Shown here one piece after another: positions 10,088 to 20,704 of a stretch of DNA of 64,000 nucleotides. The translations under genes and the position numbers were made by a program. Every line of letters starts with the position of its first letter. Within the stretch, counting starts at the first letter, position 1. Source of the stretch: an uncultured Clostridia bacterium (GTDB lineage Bacteria; Bacillota; Clostridia; TANB77; CAG-465). The notes beneath the pieces were generated by a model. That model was not told the DNA's origin and ran no database searches. It saw only the letters and a program-made list of their open reading frames with translations. Location of the stretch: NCBI GenBank assembly GCA_944383015.1, contig CALWOC010000001.1:363976-427975 (forward strand), read 5' to 3'.

Positions 10088-11245
10088 ATGACAAATTACT
10101 TATTTACTTCTGAATCAGTTACAAGTGGTCACCCAGACAAAGTATGTGATTTTATTTCTGATTCAATACTTGATGCTGCTCTTAAAGAAGATGAGAATTC
10201 AAGAGTAGCATGCGAAACATCTATTTCAAAAGACACAATATTTATCTTTGGAGAAATATCTACAAAAGCAAACTTAGACTATGAAAAAATTGCTAAAGAT
10301 ACTCTAAAAAAAATAGGATATACAACAAAAGGAAGTGGCTTTGATGTAGATAATTGTAAAGTTATTATAGGTATACAAGAACAATCTAGTGATATTGCTC
10401 AAGGTGTAAATTCTTCGTATGATAACAGCAAAACTCTAGGAGCAGGCGATCAGGGAATAATGTTTGGATATGCATGTGATGAAACGGATGAACTAATGCC
10501 ACTACCAATATCACTTGCACACAAATTAGCAAAGAGGTTAGAAGAAACAAGAAATAAAAATATATTAGATTATTTAATGCCAGATGGTAAAACTCAAGTT
10601 ACTGTAGAATATAAAAATAATATACCAGAAAGAATTGATACAATTGTAGTTTCTACTCAACATAAAGATACTATATCTATAGAGAAACTAAGAAAAGATG
10701 TATATGAAAATATAATTTTACCTACAGTACCAAACACTATGCTTGATGATAAGACTAAAATATTTATAAATCCAACTGGTAGATTTGTTATTGGTGGTCC
10801 AGAGAGTGATAGTGGACTTACTGGTAGAAAAATCATAGTTGACACTTATGGTGGTTATGCTCGACATGGTGGCGGAGCTTTTAGTGGAAAAGATCCAACA
10901 AAAGTAGATAGAAGTGCTGCATATATGGCAAGATATGTAGCAAAAAATATTGTAAAAGCAAAACTTGCAAAAAAATGTGAAATTCAATTGTCTTATGCTA
11001 TTGGAGTATCAAAGCCAGTATCAATATATATAAATACATTTAACACCAATACTATACCTGAAGAAAAAATACTTAATATAATAAATACTTTATTTGATTT
11101 TACTCCAGAAGAAATTATTAAAACTTTAAATCTTCGTATGCCTATCTATTCTAATTTATCTCATTATGGTAATATTGGAAGAGAAGACTTAAATGTATCT
11201 TTTGAAAAAACAGATAAAGTTGATGAAATACTAAAATTAGTTTAA
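10088..11245 (+). CDS. metK: S-adenosylmethionine synthetase
   Basis: [18 protein letters not shown]..., [12 protein letters not shown] and [19 protein letters not shown] motifs. The start is at ATG 10088 after a GGGGGA RBS. The 10070 ATG has no RBS. Confidence 0.93.
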   Translation: MTNYLFTSESVTSGHPDKVCDFISDSILDAALKEDENSRVACETSISKDTIFIFGEISTKANLDYEKIAKDTLKKIGYTTKGSGFDVDNCKVIIGIQEQSSDIAQGVNSSYDNSKTLGAGDQGIMFGYACDETDELMPLPISLAHKLAKRLEETRNKNILDYLMPDGKTQVTVEYKNNIPERIDTIVVSTQHKDTISIEKLRKDVYENIILPTVPNTMLDDKTKIFINPTGRFVIGGPESDSGLTGRKIIVDTYGGYARHGGGAFSGKDPTKVDRSAAYMARYVAKNIVKAKLAKKCEIQLSYAIGVSKPVSIYINTFNTNTIPEEKILNIINTLFDFTPEEIIKTLNLRMPIYSNLSHYGNIGREDLNVSFEKTDKVDEILKLV

Positions 11246-11254
11246 AAATAAAGC

Positions 11255-11312
11255 GCACTCCAAATGCTGACTAAAAATTCAACATTTGGAGTGCACTTCT
11301 TTGTTTTTTTTT
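11255..11312. terminator. intrinsic terminator after metK
   Basis: GCACTCCAAATG / CATTTGGAGTGC 12-bp stem followed by a T-rich run. Confidence 0.5.
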
Positions 11313-11342
11313 CAATTTTTTTATCAAATTTCATTTTTTAAT

Positions 11343-12206
11343 CTATTTAAAAATAACGGAGTATTCACACTCATACTCTTTAAGAGAATCTAACATTATA
11401 TTGTCTTTTTTCTCTTTAAACTGTTGATTGGAATCAACATAATCCGCTGTAGTAAGCCATGGTTCAATACATACAAACGGAGCTTCTTTTTTAGCCCAAA
11501 TAGCTAAATACTTAAAACTCGAAAAACACAACTCTAACCTTGTATTTTCATTTTCTATCAACCTAATCTTATCTGAGTTTAAATTACTCATTATGATCGC
11601 ATCATGCATAAAAGTATCCTTTTTTATTTCAAGACACCTATTATTAGATAAAAGACTACTATTTATATAATTATTCTTATACGATATTAACCCATTATCT
11701 AACTGATAAAACCTTATATTTTCCTCTAACTTCTCAAACTCAAGCCTGTATTTATTATTTTTTAAATCTATCACAAACGCAGGATGACCGCCTACCCCAA
11801 AAAACATTGCTTTATCATCTAAATTTTTAATTCTATATTTTATAGTAAGCTTATTATTATCCACTAAATACGAAACATATAGTTCAAATTTATACGGATA
11901 CATTTTCAATGTTTCTTCGTTATATCTTAATACATACGTATGTTCCCTTTCTGATATCGATACAATGTCAAACTTCATGTCGCGCGCAAATCCATGTTGT
12001 GACATATTATATTTTTTTCCATCAATTATTGTAGTATTATTCTTTAAGCTTCCAACAATTGGAAAAAGGATTGGAGCTCTTCTTTTCCAGTATATCTTAC
12101 CATTTTTGTCTAAAACTTTCTCACCTTGATGTAAATATTCTTTTCCATTATATTTTATACTAGTAAGTTCTGCTCCATTAGGTGTAGTTATAATTTCTAA
12201 ATTCAC
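11343..12206 (-). CDS. aldose 1-epimerase family protein
   Basis: Mutarotase-like conserved His/Glu residues and the FGVGGHPAF motif. The probable start is GTG after GGAGG. Confidence 0.75.
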   Translation of the reverse strand: MNLEIITTPNGAELTSIKYNGKEYLHQGEKVLDKNGKIYWKRRAPILFPIVGSLKNNTTIIDGKKYNMSQHGFARDMKFDIVSISEREHTYVLRYNEETLKMYPYKFELYVSYLVDNNKLTIKYRIKNLDDKAMFFGVGGHPAFVIDLKNNKYRLEFEKLEENIRFYQLDNGLISYKNNYINSSLLSNNRCLEIKKDTFMHDAIIMSNLNSDKIRLIENENTRLELCFSSFKYLAIWAKKEAPFVCIEPWLTTADYVDSNQQFKEKKDNIMLDSLKEYECEYSVIFK

Positions 12207-12471
12207 CTTAAGCCTCCTATCAAAAAGGAATTCATTATATCATACTTTCAATATATTTACAAGTTTTTATTTAAAATTTTTTAATAAATTCTACAAATTT
12301 CATTAATATTTGCTAAAAACCTACATAAAAATAGTGTACATATATATCTAATTTAATCAAAAAGGCACTAATTTTACCTTTTTTTAGCAAAATAAATATT
12401 CTACATTATTTTAAATCTAAATTCTATTAAAATTGAATTAAAAAAGAAAAGTGGAATAAAAATTCCACTTT

Positions 12472-12864
12472 TTAGATATAATTTAAATCAATATTTCTTA
12501 ATTGAAAAATAGATTGACTATTTGCTAAAAATTCTTCTATAGCTTTTAAACTATCACTTTTAAATCTTTTTAATGTTACTGTACATTCTTTTACTGTTTT
12601 TTCAAAAACAAATCTTACACAAATAGTTTTATATTCATCATCTATACTCTCAGAACTAATTTTATGAACTCTAGTTCCATTATTTAGTTTTAATGGATGT
12701 CCTGGAACATAAACAATTTCATTTTTGCTAATTTTCTCCTTTTGGATTGCTGTCTTATTTCTTTCAATTCCATTTCTATCTTCAATCCAATCACTAATTT
12801 GGTCTTTAACAGCCTCCTCCTTAATTTCTTGTCTTAATTGATTCATACGTATATTATTACACAT
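12472..12864 (-). CDS. hypothetical protein
   Basis: ORF with an AGGAGTG RBS before ATG 12864. No motif I recognise. Confidence 0.45.
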   Translation of the reverse strand: MCNNIRMNQLRQEIKEEAVKDQISDWIEDRNGIERNKTAIQKEKISKNEIVYVPGHPLKLNNGTRVHKISSESIDDEYKTICVRFVFEKTVKECTVTLKRFKSDSLKAIEEFLANSQSIFQLRNIDLNYI

Positions 12865-13033
12865 AAAAACCACTCCTTCCTAAAATTATTTTTCTTTGAA
12901 GCAAATATTTTTTTGTTTACATAATTAATTATACACTTTTTATATTATTATGTCAAGGTTCTATGCGATTATATATAGTAATTTATATTATTCTTAGAAA
13001 AAAGAGAAGATAGTATAACTATCTTCCCTATAT

Positions 13034-13279
13034 CTATGCTGCACGTCTTGAAAGCTGAAGTTCTGTTCCAATAATATCCTCTACTATATCGACTGGAACT
13101 TTTACAATTCTTTTAGCCCCTTGTTCAAAGACTACCATGTCTTTTACTAAATATTTAGTAAAATTCTCTGACATATATGCCTTTTGAACAGCTTTTCTAA
13201 AAGCATAGCTTCCATATTTTCCTTCCTTCAAGACATTAAATGTCTCTTCTTTTTTTAATAAATTCTTTAGTTTTTTCAT
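13034..13279 (-). CDS. hypothetical small basic protein (81 aa)
   Basis: An RBS-supported ORF downstream of a conserved extended -10 promoter module at 13425-13446. Confidence 0.5.
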   Translation of the reverse strand: MKKLKNLLKKEETFNVLKEGKYGSYAFRKAVQKAYMSENFTKYLVKDMVVFEQGAKRIVKVPVDIVEDIIGTELQLSRRAA

Positions 13280-13495
13280 AAAAACAACCTCTTTCCTTAG
13301 TAATGTTATATACGTTAAAATAAAAGAACGACACTAGTAATAAAGAGTGTGCAGCATATAAATGCTCCAAAATTTCTTTGCATAACTAGAGTATAATTTC
13401 ACTCTTTTAAAATAATATATATACACTTATATTATACCACATTTTAAGCTATTTTTCAAATTTAGAGACTACATAAAAAAACTAGAGCAATTGCT

Positions 13496-13879
13496 CTAGT
13501 AATCAAGATTTAAATCTTCTATATCTTCTTCAGATTCACATTTAATTAGTTCATCTTCAAAATCAAATAAAGATAAATTTGTTCTAATATCCATTGTATA
13601 AGGTACTCTATTTCCTATTATATAATTTGATCTTTTTATTTCTTCATCTTTTTCTTTAAAAATAATTCTTACTGTTTTCTCATCATTAAAAGGTGAATAT
13701 TCTTCTTCTTCATCTTCTCTTACAAAAATTTCTAATATTTTACATTTATCATTAATTACTAATGGTTTACTAAACTCATAGTAAAAATGATCCTCATACT
13801 TAGTAGCTGCATTAACAGCTTCTACATTTTGTCTTTCTTTAGACTTCCTTTCTAATTTGCTTAAAGCACTTTTTTTCAT
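13496..13879 (-). CDS. hypothetical acidic protein (127 aa)
   Basis: ORF with a GGAGGAG RBS. Confidence 0.5.
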   Translation of the reverse strand: MKKSALSKLERKSKERQNVEAVNAATKYEDHFYYEFSKPLVINDKCKILEIFVREDEEEEYSPFNDEKTVRIIFKEKDEEIKRSNYIIGNRVPYTMDIRTNLSLFDFEDELIKCESEEDIEDLNLDY

Positions 13880-14050
13880 AATATCTTCTCCTCCATTATA
13901 TTAAAAATTTTGCATTTTATATAAAGAATTAATTTATCATGTATAATTATATCTGATCTTTAAAATTCTAAATGCGCTATAATTATATCACATTTTTAAA
14001 CTTATGTCAACTTTTAATATAAAAAGGCAGTGTTTGTTCACTGCCATTTA

Positions 14051-14719
14051 CTATTTTTCTTCTTTTTTTATATCTTCTACAAATTCCTCTCCAAATTTAT
14101 CTTCTAGTTCTTCTTCTGAAACCTCATTATTTTCCTCTTTAGTATTATTTTCCAATTTATTATATTCATCTTCATGTAACTGTATATCAATATTAGTATT
14201 TTGTGGTAATTCTATTACCCTATCTGTATTTACTTTTTGTTTAGATTTTTGTTGCATTTTCCAAATTGCTCTTTTAAACATACGTGTTATTTTATCTACT
14301 ACATTTGTTTCTTCTGGTACAACCATCAACATATTTTTTAGCATTTTATCTTCTTCTTTATCTTGCTTTGAACCCTTATATGCAAGAAGCTCTTCTTTCC
14401 AAACCCCAAAATCATTTTTTCTAATACTTTCTTCTAGTTCAAAGATTCTTCTTGTTATATCATTTAATTGGTCATAATCTACTATTCCACCATTTCTAAA
14501 TCTATAAAACACACTTTTATATGAAATACATTTATTTATTATATATTTTAATTCTTTTTCTGAAAGCTCATCTTTATGTTCTTCAATTTTTTCTTCTAGA
14601 CCATCCACTAGTTGATCTGCTTTTGCTATATTTGCTATCTTCTCTAAAATATCTTTTTGAAGATCCTTGTCCATGTTAGGGTCACTTTCAATCGTATCAA
14701 AGATTTCTCTTATTTCCAT
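14051..14719 (-). CDS. hypothetical charged protein (222 aa)
   Basis: ORF with a GGAGGGGAG RBS and a Lys/Glu-rich low-complexity C-terminus. Confidence 0.5.
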   Translation of the reverse strand: MEIREIFDTIESDPNMDKDLQKDILEKIANIAKADQLVDGLEEKIEEHKDELSEKELKYIINKCISYKSVFYRFRNGGIVDYDQLNDITRRIFELEESIRKNDFGVWKEELLAYKGSKQDKEEDKMLKNMLMVVPEETNVVDKITRMFKRAIWKMQQKSKQKVNTDRVIELPQNTNIDIQLHEDEYNKLENNTKEENNEVSEEELEDKFGEEFVEDIKKEEK

Positions 14720-14795
14720 ATACTCCCCTCCAGTATTAACTTATCATATTTAATTATATAATCTTTTACCACAAAAAACAATAACTTTTTAATAA

Positions 14796-15359
14796 TTACT
14801 TATTTTGATTTAATTTATCTATTATTTTTTTATATACTAACTTCATATGTGGTTCTGTTGAAAGTTCAACAACCTTATTAATATCTTGCCAAGCTATATT
14901 ACTATTTTCATCTGGCTTAATCTTTATATTTTTGCTTTCATCTGCCTCAAAAATATATGCTACTGAAAGATGTATATGAGCATTTAAATATTTTCCTTTT
15001 TTAAAATGTCCAGCTACTGGTAATGTATCAATTGATGTTATATTACCATTATTTAATACTTTTAAATTCTTAATAGAAGTTTCCTCTTTTACCTCTTTTA
15101 TAGCAACATCTAATAGGTTTTCATCTCCATCAGCATGTCCACCAGTCCATCCCCATGAATTATATATATTATGATATATCATTAATACCTTATCTCTGTT
15201 TTTATTTACTACAAAACCAGAAGAAGTAAAATGTACAATTTCATTTTCTCTTAGAAAAATATTATCAAATTTATTAATACAATTTATTATAAACTCTTTA
15301 TCCCTTTTTTCCTGATCATTAAATGGAATATAATTTAATATTTCTTCTTGTATACTCAT
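14796..15359 (-). CDS. NUDIX hydrolase
   Basis: Nudix box GGHADGDENLLDVAIKEVKEETSI. The start is at ATG 15359 after AGGTGA. Confidence 0.85.
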   Translation of the reverse strand: MSIQEEILNYIPFNDQEKRDKEFIINCINKFDNIFLRENEIVHFTSSGFVVNKNRDKVLMIYHNIYNSWGWTGGHADGDENLLDVAIKEVKEETSIKNLKVLNNGNITSIDTLPVAGHFKKGKYLNAHIHLSVAYIFEADESKNIKIKPDENSNIAWQDINKVVELSTEPHMKLVYKKIIDKLNQNK

Positions 15360-15418
15360 ATTTATCACCTAAGATATATTTTTATTATATTCCATTTAAC
15401 AGAAAAACTCAATATGAA

Positions 15419-16258
15419 TCAAAGCAAAACACCCTCATAGACAGTTTCTGCAGTTCCGATCATGCTAAGTTCACTTGTTAATTCATTATATACTATTTCT
15501 AAAATTCCACCTTTTAAATTCACATTACAAATATTTTCTGTAACTCCATTTAAATATCCAGCAATAACTGATGCTGTTGCGCCTGTTCCACAAGCTAAAG
15601 TCTCTCCAACGCCTCTTTCCCAAACTCTAACTTTTATATTTTCTCTATCTATTATTTGTACAAATTCTACATTTGTTCTATCTTTAAAAATTTCTAGATT
15701 TTCAATTTCTTTTCCGTACTTTTCTATATCGACACTATCTACATCATCTACAAAAACAACACTATGAATATTTCCAACAGAAAGACATGTAATATATATT
15801 TCTTTATCTAATACATCAAATCTCTCATTTATAATTACATCTTTTGGATAATTTATCTCAAGTATATCCGTATTAAATTTAGGTACTCCCATGTTTACTT
15901 TTATATTTTTTACAATATTATCCTCAACATATACTTCAACATCCTTAATCCCAGACTTTGTTCCAATTCTCATGCTTTTCTTTCTAACTATACCTTTTTC
16001 ATATGCATATTTTGCAACACATCTTATCCCATTTCCACACATATTAGCTTCACTACCATCAGGATTAAATATTCTAAAATTAACATCTGCTCCACTATTA
16101 TCATCTTTATATATAAATATACATCCATCTGAACCAATGCCAAAATTTCTATTTGAAATTTTCTTAGTAAGTAAAGACATATTATCTATATGCTCTTCAT
16201 CATTATTAATATATACATAATCGTTGCCACAGCCTTGCATTTTAGTAAAACGTATCAA
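15419..16258 (-). CDS. dapF: diaminopimelate epimerase
   Basis: NPDGSEANMCGNGIRC and ERGVGETLACGTGATAS catalytic-Cys motifs. The probable start is TTG, giving MIRFTKMQGCGNDYVYI, with a GAGGTGA RBS. Confidence 0.88.
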   Translation of the reverse strand: MIRFTKMQGCGNDYVYINNDEEHIDNMSLLTKKISNRNFGIGSDGCIFIYKDDNSGADVNFRIFNPDGSEANMCGNGIRCVAKYAYEKGIVRKKSMRIGTKSGIKDVEVYVEDNIVKNIKVNMGVPKFNTDILEINYPKDVIINERFDVLDKEIYITCLSVGNIHSVVFVDDVDSVDIEKYGKEIENLEIFKDRTNVEFVQIIDRENIKVRVWERGVGETLACGTGATASVIAGYLNGVTENICNVNLKGGILEIVYNELTSELSMIGTAETVYEGVLL

Positions 16259-16306
16259 AAAAATCACCTCATGTTAAAGTATATGAGGTGATTTTATAAT
16301 TTATGT

Positions 16307-17200
16307 TTATGTATTAGATAAATCAAATAACGGTACATATTCTTCTTCATGTTCACCAAGCTCTTGAATATATCCATTTTCTATATTTAGATCAATTAAG
16401 TAATCTTCTATTTCTTTTAACTCTTCCTTACTTATTTTTCTATTAATCTCTGGATATTTAATTGCATCTCCAGAAGGAAAATATTGTGCCATTACACTTA
16501 CTAATGCTTTATTCTTAAATTTTTCTGAAATTTTCTTTAGTACCATTTTAGAGTTTAATACATTATTAGGAAGTATCATATGTCTAATAATTACTCCTTT
16601 TTTCATTATTCCATTATCGTCAAAAACTGGTTTTCCTACTTGCTTTATCATCTCTTCTATACTAGCCAATGCTGATTCTACATAATTATTCACACCAGAA
16701 TATTTAGTAGAAAGTCTATTAGTAGCATATTTAAAATCTGGCAAATATATATCTATATATCCTTCTAGTTTTTTTATCATCTCAACTTTTTCATAGCCAC
16801 TTGAATTATATACAATTGGTATATTTAAACCATTTTCTTTAGCAATTTTAATTGCTTCTATTATACTTTCTACATACATAGTAGGGGTAACTAAATTAAT
16901 ATTATTTACGCCTCTTGACTGTTGCTCTAAAAAAATATCTGCAAGTCTTTGCACACCTATTTCTTTTCCAAAACCATCTCGTGAAATCTTAAAATTTTGA
17001 CAATATACACATCTTAAATTACAATTTGAAAAAAATACTGTACCAGATCCATTTTTACCACTAATACATGGCTCCTCAAAATTATGTATTGAGGCAAGAG
17101 CAACTTTTATTTTATCTGATGCTTTACACGCACCAAGTTTATATCTTCTATCTACTCCACATTCACGTGGACACATCTTACAATTTACATATTCTGACAT
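16307..17200 (-). CDS. radical SAM protein (PflX / COG1313-like activating-enzyme homologue)
   Basis: The CNLRCVYCQN motif (CxxxCxxC) plus an N-terminal Cys cluster. The start is ATG 17200 after AGGTG. Confidence 0.8.
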   Translation of the reverse strand: MSEYVNCKMCPRECGVDRRYKLGACKASDKIKVALASIHNFEEPCISGKNGSGTVFFSNCNLRCVYCQNFKISRDGFGKEIGVQRLADIFLEQQSRGVNNINLVTPTMYVESIIEAIKIAKENGLNIPIVYNSSGYEKVEMIKKLEGYIDIYLPDFKYATNRLSTKYSGVNNYVESALASIEEMIKQVGKPVFDDNGIMKKGVIIRHMILPNNVLNSKMVLKKISEKFKNKALVSVMAQYFPSGDAIKYPEINRKISKEELKEIEDYLIDLNIENGYIQELGEHEEEYVPLFDLSNT

Positions 17201-17241
17201 AATTAACACCTAATTTATTATATCATATTATACAATACCAC

Positions 17242-17417
17242 TTGAATTTTTAAAATCTAAATGATATAATATAATTGTAGTAAGCTCAAACACGGAAGAG
17301 CTCGTCATAGACGGTGTGTCAGTTCGAATCTGATCTACTTGCTTCAATCCTTGTGATTGGGGTAATCCTTTTTAATAATTTTTTTTCAAGCTATCCCTTC
17401 GGGGGTAGCCTTTTTAT
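17242..17417 (+). ncRNA. candidate small RNA (about 140 nt): extended -10 promoter at 17242-17270, transcript about 17277-17417, intrinsic terminator at 17389-17417
   Basis: TTGAAT-17-TGaTATAAT promoter. The body contains a tRNA T-arm-like GGUGUGUCAGUUCGAAUCUGAUC element. The terminator is GCTATCCC-TTCG-GGGGTAGC plus T5. No ORF or RBS is present. Confidence 0.3.
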
Positions 17418-17843
17418 ATTAAAAAAAAACAAAAAAAAGAACATTGAAAGTTCTCAATGTTTCTTTTTAAATAAAGTGGGATACATCTGGACTAAAATCC
17501 AAATATACTTCATCTTACTAAGTTTGCACCACTAGATGTTTTCGATGAAATGCAGTCTTTGCTTGATACTAACCAGTTTAAAATATAAGTGCCAAGCTCA
17601 AACAAATTTGCAACGTATCATATAACTTGCTAAAATACATCATATCAACTAAAAGTTAATAGATAATATAATAACAAATTCAAACCACTTTTTAATACGT
17701 TTTACAATCTTTTTTTACACTTTCTCGTTAAATCTTTAATAGATTAAACCTTCGTTTAAATCCATATACAAAGACATTAGCGATCAAATGCATCCCTTAG
17801 CTTTACTTCCAAGAAACTGACATGCAACCTACTTCAAATGCAA

Positions 17844-19028
17844 TTAACCAACGATGCCGTTGATATTTACGTCAAATGTTTGGCTGCTTATTGCGTTGCT
17901 TACTTCAACTGTTAATACAGTAGCATCTGCTCCAGTATTGATTGTAAGGATTTCTCCATCAAAGCTATAATCCATTCCGTCAAGTCCGTTGATAACTACG
18001 TCATCTCCAGATACTCTAAATTGTAATTGGCTGTTAACATATGCTGTATAACCGTCAATAGCTTCAACAGATACTTCTTCTAAAGTTGGTTCTTCAACAA
18101 CTGGCTCTTCAACTTCTGGTAATTCCTCAGCTGGTTCTTCAACGTCTGTGACTACATTGTTGCTGTTGTTAGCTTCAGTAACTTCTTCAACTGTAACTTC
18201 ACCATCAGCTGGTGTTGTAACAACTTCAGTTGTTTCTGTAGCTTCAAACATGTTGTCTAAATCTTCGTCATCTGATACAATGTCGTCTTTTGTGTCTTCT
18301 GTTGTTTCTGTCTCAACGTTAGTTGAAGGTTCTTCACCTTCGTTTACAAGATCTTCTGCTGAATCAGTATCGATTTCAACCTTTTGAGTCTCATCTTTTT
18401 CTTCTTCAACTTCTTGATCTTTTGTAATTACAGTGATATCTCCGTTTGGAGTTTCGATTGTATCTACTTTATCACCGTTTTCTTTCGCTTCTTCCACTGC
18501 TTTTTCAGTATCAGCTAATTCCTTAGAATTATCTTCTACTTTGATTTCTGCAGTAGTATCAGCTACTGTTGTTTCAGCTTTAGCTGGAGTTTTAGAGTTT
18601 TCCTCTGTTTCTTCCAACTTTTCATCCTCTGGGCAATAACCTCTTGCAGGTCTTGCTACTGAAGATGTAGCTTCAGCTTCTTGTTCAACTGATTCTTCAG
18701 CTGGTTCTTCAGATTCCTCTGATTCTTCAACTGTTTCCTCTTGTTGAACATTAACTTCTGGTTGTACCTCTTCTTGATGACAGAAGTACTTGTGGTAAGT
18801 TCCAATACCAATTAAAGCAAAAATTACTAAAACAATAGCAATTTTACCTCTCTTAGTAAAAGTCTCACCATTAAGTTTACTTACAGCAACGAATGCTGCG
18901 ATCATGATTGCAACAATGATACATACGGTAAATACCATACAATCTAGTGTTGCTAGTTCAAATGCAGTAACACCTGCAATTGCTCCTGTTGCCATTTTGG
19001 CAATGTCCTTTTTAACTGTTTTTTCCAT
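17844..19028 (-). CDS. membrane-anchored acidic (Glu/Thr/Val-rich) low-complexity protein, paralog A
   Basis: The start is ATG 19028 after GAGAGGAG. N-terminal TM helices are followed by a long acidic region containing RGYCPEDEKLEETEENSK and KAVEEAKENGDKV, motifs shared with the 19508-20224 product. Confidence 0.65.
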   Translation of the reverse strand: MEKTVKKDIAKMATGAIAGVTAFELATLDCMVFTVCIIVAIMIAAFVAVSKLNGETFTKRGKIAIVLVIFALIGIGTYHKYFCHQEEVQPEVNVQQEETVEESEESEEPAEESVEQEAEATSSVARPARGYCPEDEKLEETEENSKTPAKAETTVADTTAEIKVEDNSKELADTEKAVEEAKENGDKVDTIETPNGDITVITKDQEVEEEKDETQKVEIDTDSAEDLVNEGEEPSTNVETETTEDTKDDIVSDDEDLDNMFEATETTEVVTTPADGEVTVEEVTEANNSNNVVTDVEEPAEELPEVEEPVVEEPTLEEVSVEAIDGYTAYVNSQLQFRVSGDDVVINGLDGMDYSFDGEILTINTGADATVLTVEVSNAISSQTFDVNINGIVG

Positions 19029-19507
19029 AATTCTTCTCCTCTCTAATACATAGCTGGAAAAACTATGCATTAATTAAATAATATTTACGCTTAAGGTGCG
19101 CATAACCTACCAAAAATCGCAGTTTACACAATCACTAAATGTAAAACGTATAGTTAAATGACAAAATTTCCAGTATTTTTATTATACTAGAATTCATTAT
19201 ACTTTTTAGTTAAACATTTTAAAGCAATTGCTTTAAATACGAACATATTTTGATACTTATATTATACCACATTTTTATGTAAATTTCAAATTGAATAATC
19301 TTTGTTAAGTATTGACTTTCCAACGATTATCAATCATCATCACACAAAAGGTAATAATATAAATATTGGTACTTATATTATACCACTTTTTTTATCTTTT
19401 TTCAATTTTATGTAATGTTTTTTTAAAAAATCTTTATGTTAATTTATTATATATACATAAAAAAAAGACACCATATTAAAATATGGTATCTTAAATTAAT
19501 ATTTTAT

Positions 19508-20224
19508 TTATCTTTCAAAGCCTTCAGGAGCCTCTTTTGCCTTATTTTCATTAATAGCATCTTTTGCAGTACTTGTATCAATATTAACTTTCTTCTTATT
19601 TGTATCTTCTTCTTTTTGTTTTTCTGGTTCTTCAGTTTTTGTTACAGTAGTAATTGTTGTATCTTTATTTGTCTCATTTTTATTAGCATTATTTTGTCCT
19701 AAACCAGTTTGTACTTTATCTCCTTTTTCTTTTGCTTCTTCTACCGCTTTAGTAGTTTCTTCTTCTTCTTTAGAATTATCTACATGTTGAACAGTAGCTT
19801 TTTCTTCTTTAGAAGTTGTCTTTGTAGTTTCTTCTTTACTATTCTCATTAGTTTCTTTCATCTTTTCTTCAGGTGGACAATATCCCCTATTAGATGAACC
19901 TTTATTAGTCTCAACTTTTTCAGTTACTACTTCTTGATCTTTATTTTGATCTTTGTTATCATCAGTCTTAGTTACTACAGAATTACTATTATTATCATTT
20001 ACAATATCTCTTTGTTTTGGTCTATTCATAGCAAAATATGACATACCTATTGCAGTAAGTGTAACACCAACAATTGCAGCCATTTTTAAAATATCTGTAA
20101 ATCTTTTTCCTTTTTTATCTACTCTATTTCTTTCATTTTCTTCTAATTTTTTATAGCCATCTCTTAATTCTTTTACAGAATTTAAATCAAACCCATTATT
20201 TTTTTCTACATTTTTATTCTTCAT
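19508..20224 (-). CDS. membrane-anchored acidic low-complexity protein, paralog B
   Basis: AGGAGG RBS, a single TM helix, and RGYCPPEEKMKETNENSK with KAVEEAKEKGDKV motifs about 110 aa homologous to paralog A. Confidence 0.65.
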   Translation of the reverse strand: MKNKNVEKNNGFDLNSVKELRDGYKKLEENERNRVDKKGKRFTDILKMAAIVGVTLTAIGMSYFAMNRPKQRDIVNDNNSNSVVTKTDDNKDQNKDQEVVTEKVETNKGSSNRGYCPPEEKMKETNENSKEETTKTTSKEEKATVQHVDNSKEEEETTKAVEEAKEKGDKVQTGLGQNNANKNETNKDTTITTVTKTEEPEKQKEEDTNKKKVNIDTSTAKDAINENKAKEAPEGFER

Positions 20225-20242
20225 AATTAATTCCTCCTATTA

Positions 20243-20473
20243 CTACTTCTTCTCTTCTTTTTTATCTTTTATCATTTCTTCTAAGTTTGCAATACTTTCA
20301 TCATAAAATTTTTCTTCTTCTCTAATAGCCTCAATATTTTTTCTTATTTTCTCAATTTCTTTACGATATAAGTTTGCTATCTCTCTTTGAGTTTCAATAT
20401 CAATTTCATCTTGTGAAATTTCTCCTCTATCAAACTTATCTTTTAATTCTTTAATTTTCTTCATATCTTTCAT
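20243..20473 (-). CDS. small coiled-coil protein (76 aa)
   Basis: ATG 20473 follows a GAGGAGG RBS. A TGGTATAAT extended -10 lies about 35 nt upstream. Confidence 0.5.
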   Translation of the reverse strand: MKDMKKIKELKDKFDRGEISQDEIDIETQREIANLYRKEIEKIRKNIEAIREEEKFYDESIANLEEMIKDKKEEKK

Positions 20474-20669
20474 AATATTCCTCCTCAAAACTCGATTATT
20501 TAATACATTATAATTATACCATTTTTAAGTAATTTTGTCAAGTTATGTAAACTCAATTACTAATATTTTATACAATTATATCTGCAAATACTATACACTA
20601 ATTGTACACTATATTTTAAAATTTTTTCAACATTTTTTTAATTATTAACATAAAATTTAATTTTTTGTA

Positions 20670-20698
20670 TTGAAATCTAAAAAACATTATGTTATACT
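20670..20698 (+). promoter_or_regulatory. sigma-A promoter for the valS T-box leader (TTGAAA-17-TGtTATACT)
   Basis: Hexamers and an extended -10 TG seen directly. Confidence 0.5.
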
Positions 20699-20704
20699 TA
20701 GAAC

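Noticed and set aside
17290-17345. Possible tRNA or tRNA fragment (GTTCGAATC T-loop-like sequence)
   Set aside because: No acceptor-stem complementarity and no D-arm or anticodon arm can be drawn, so it is only a T-arm-like hairpin. I kept it as part of the candidate sRNA instead.
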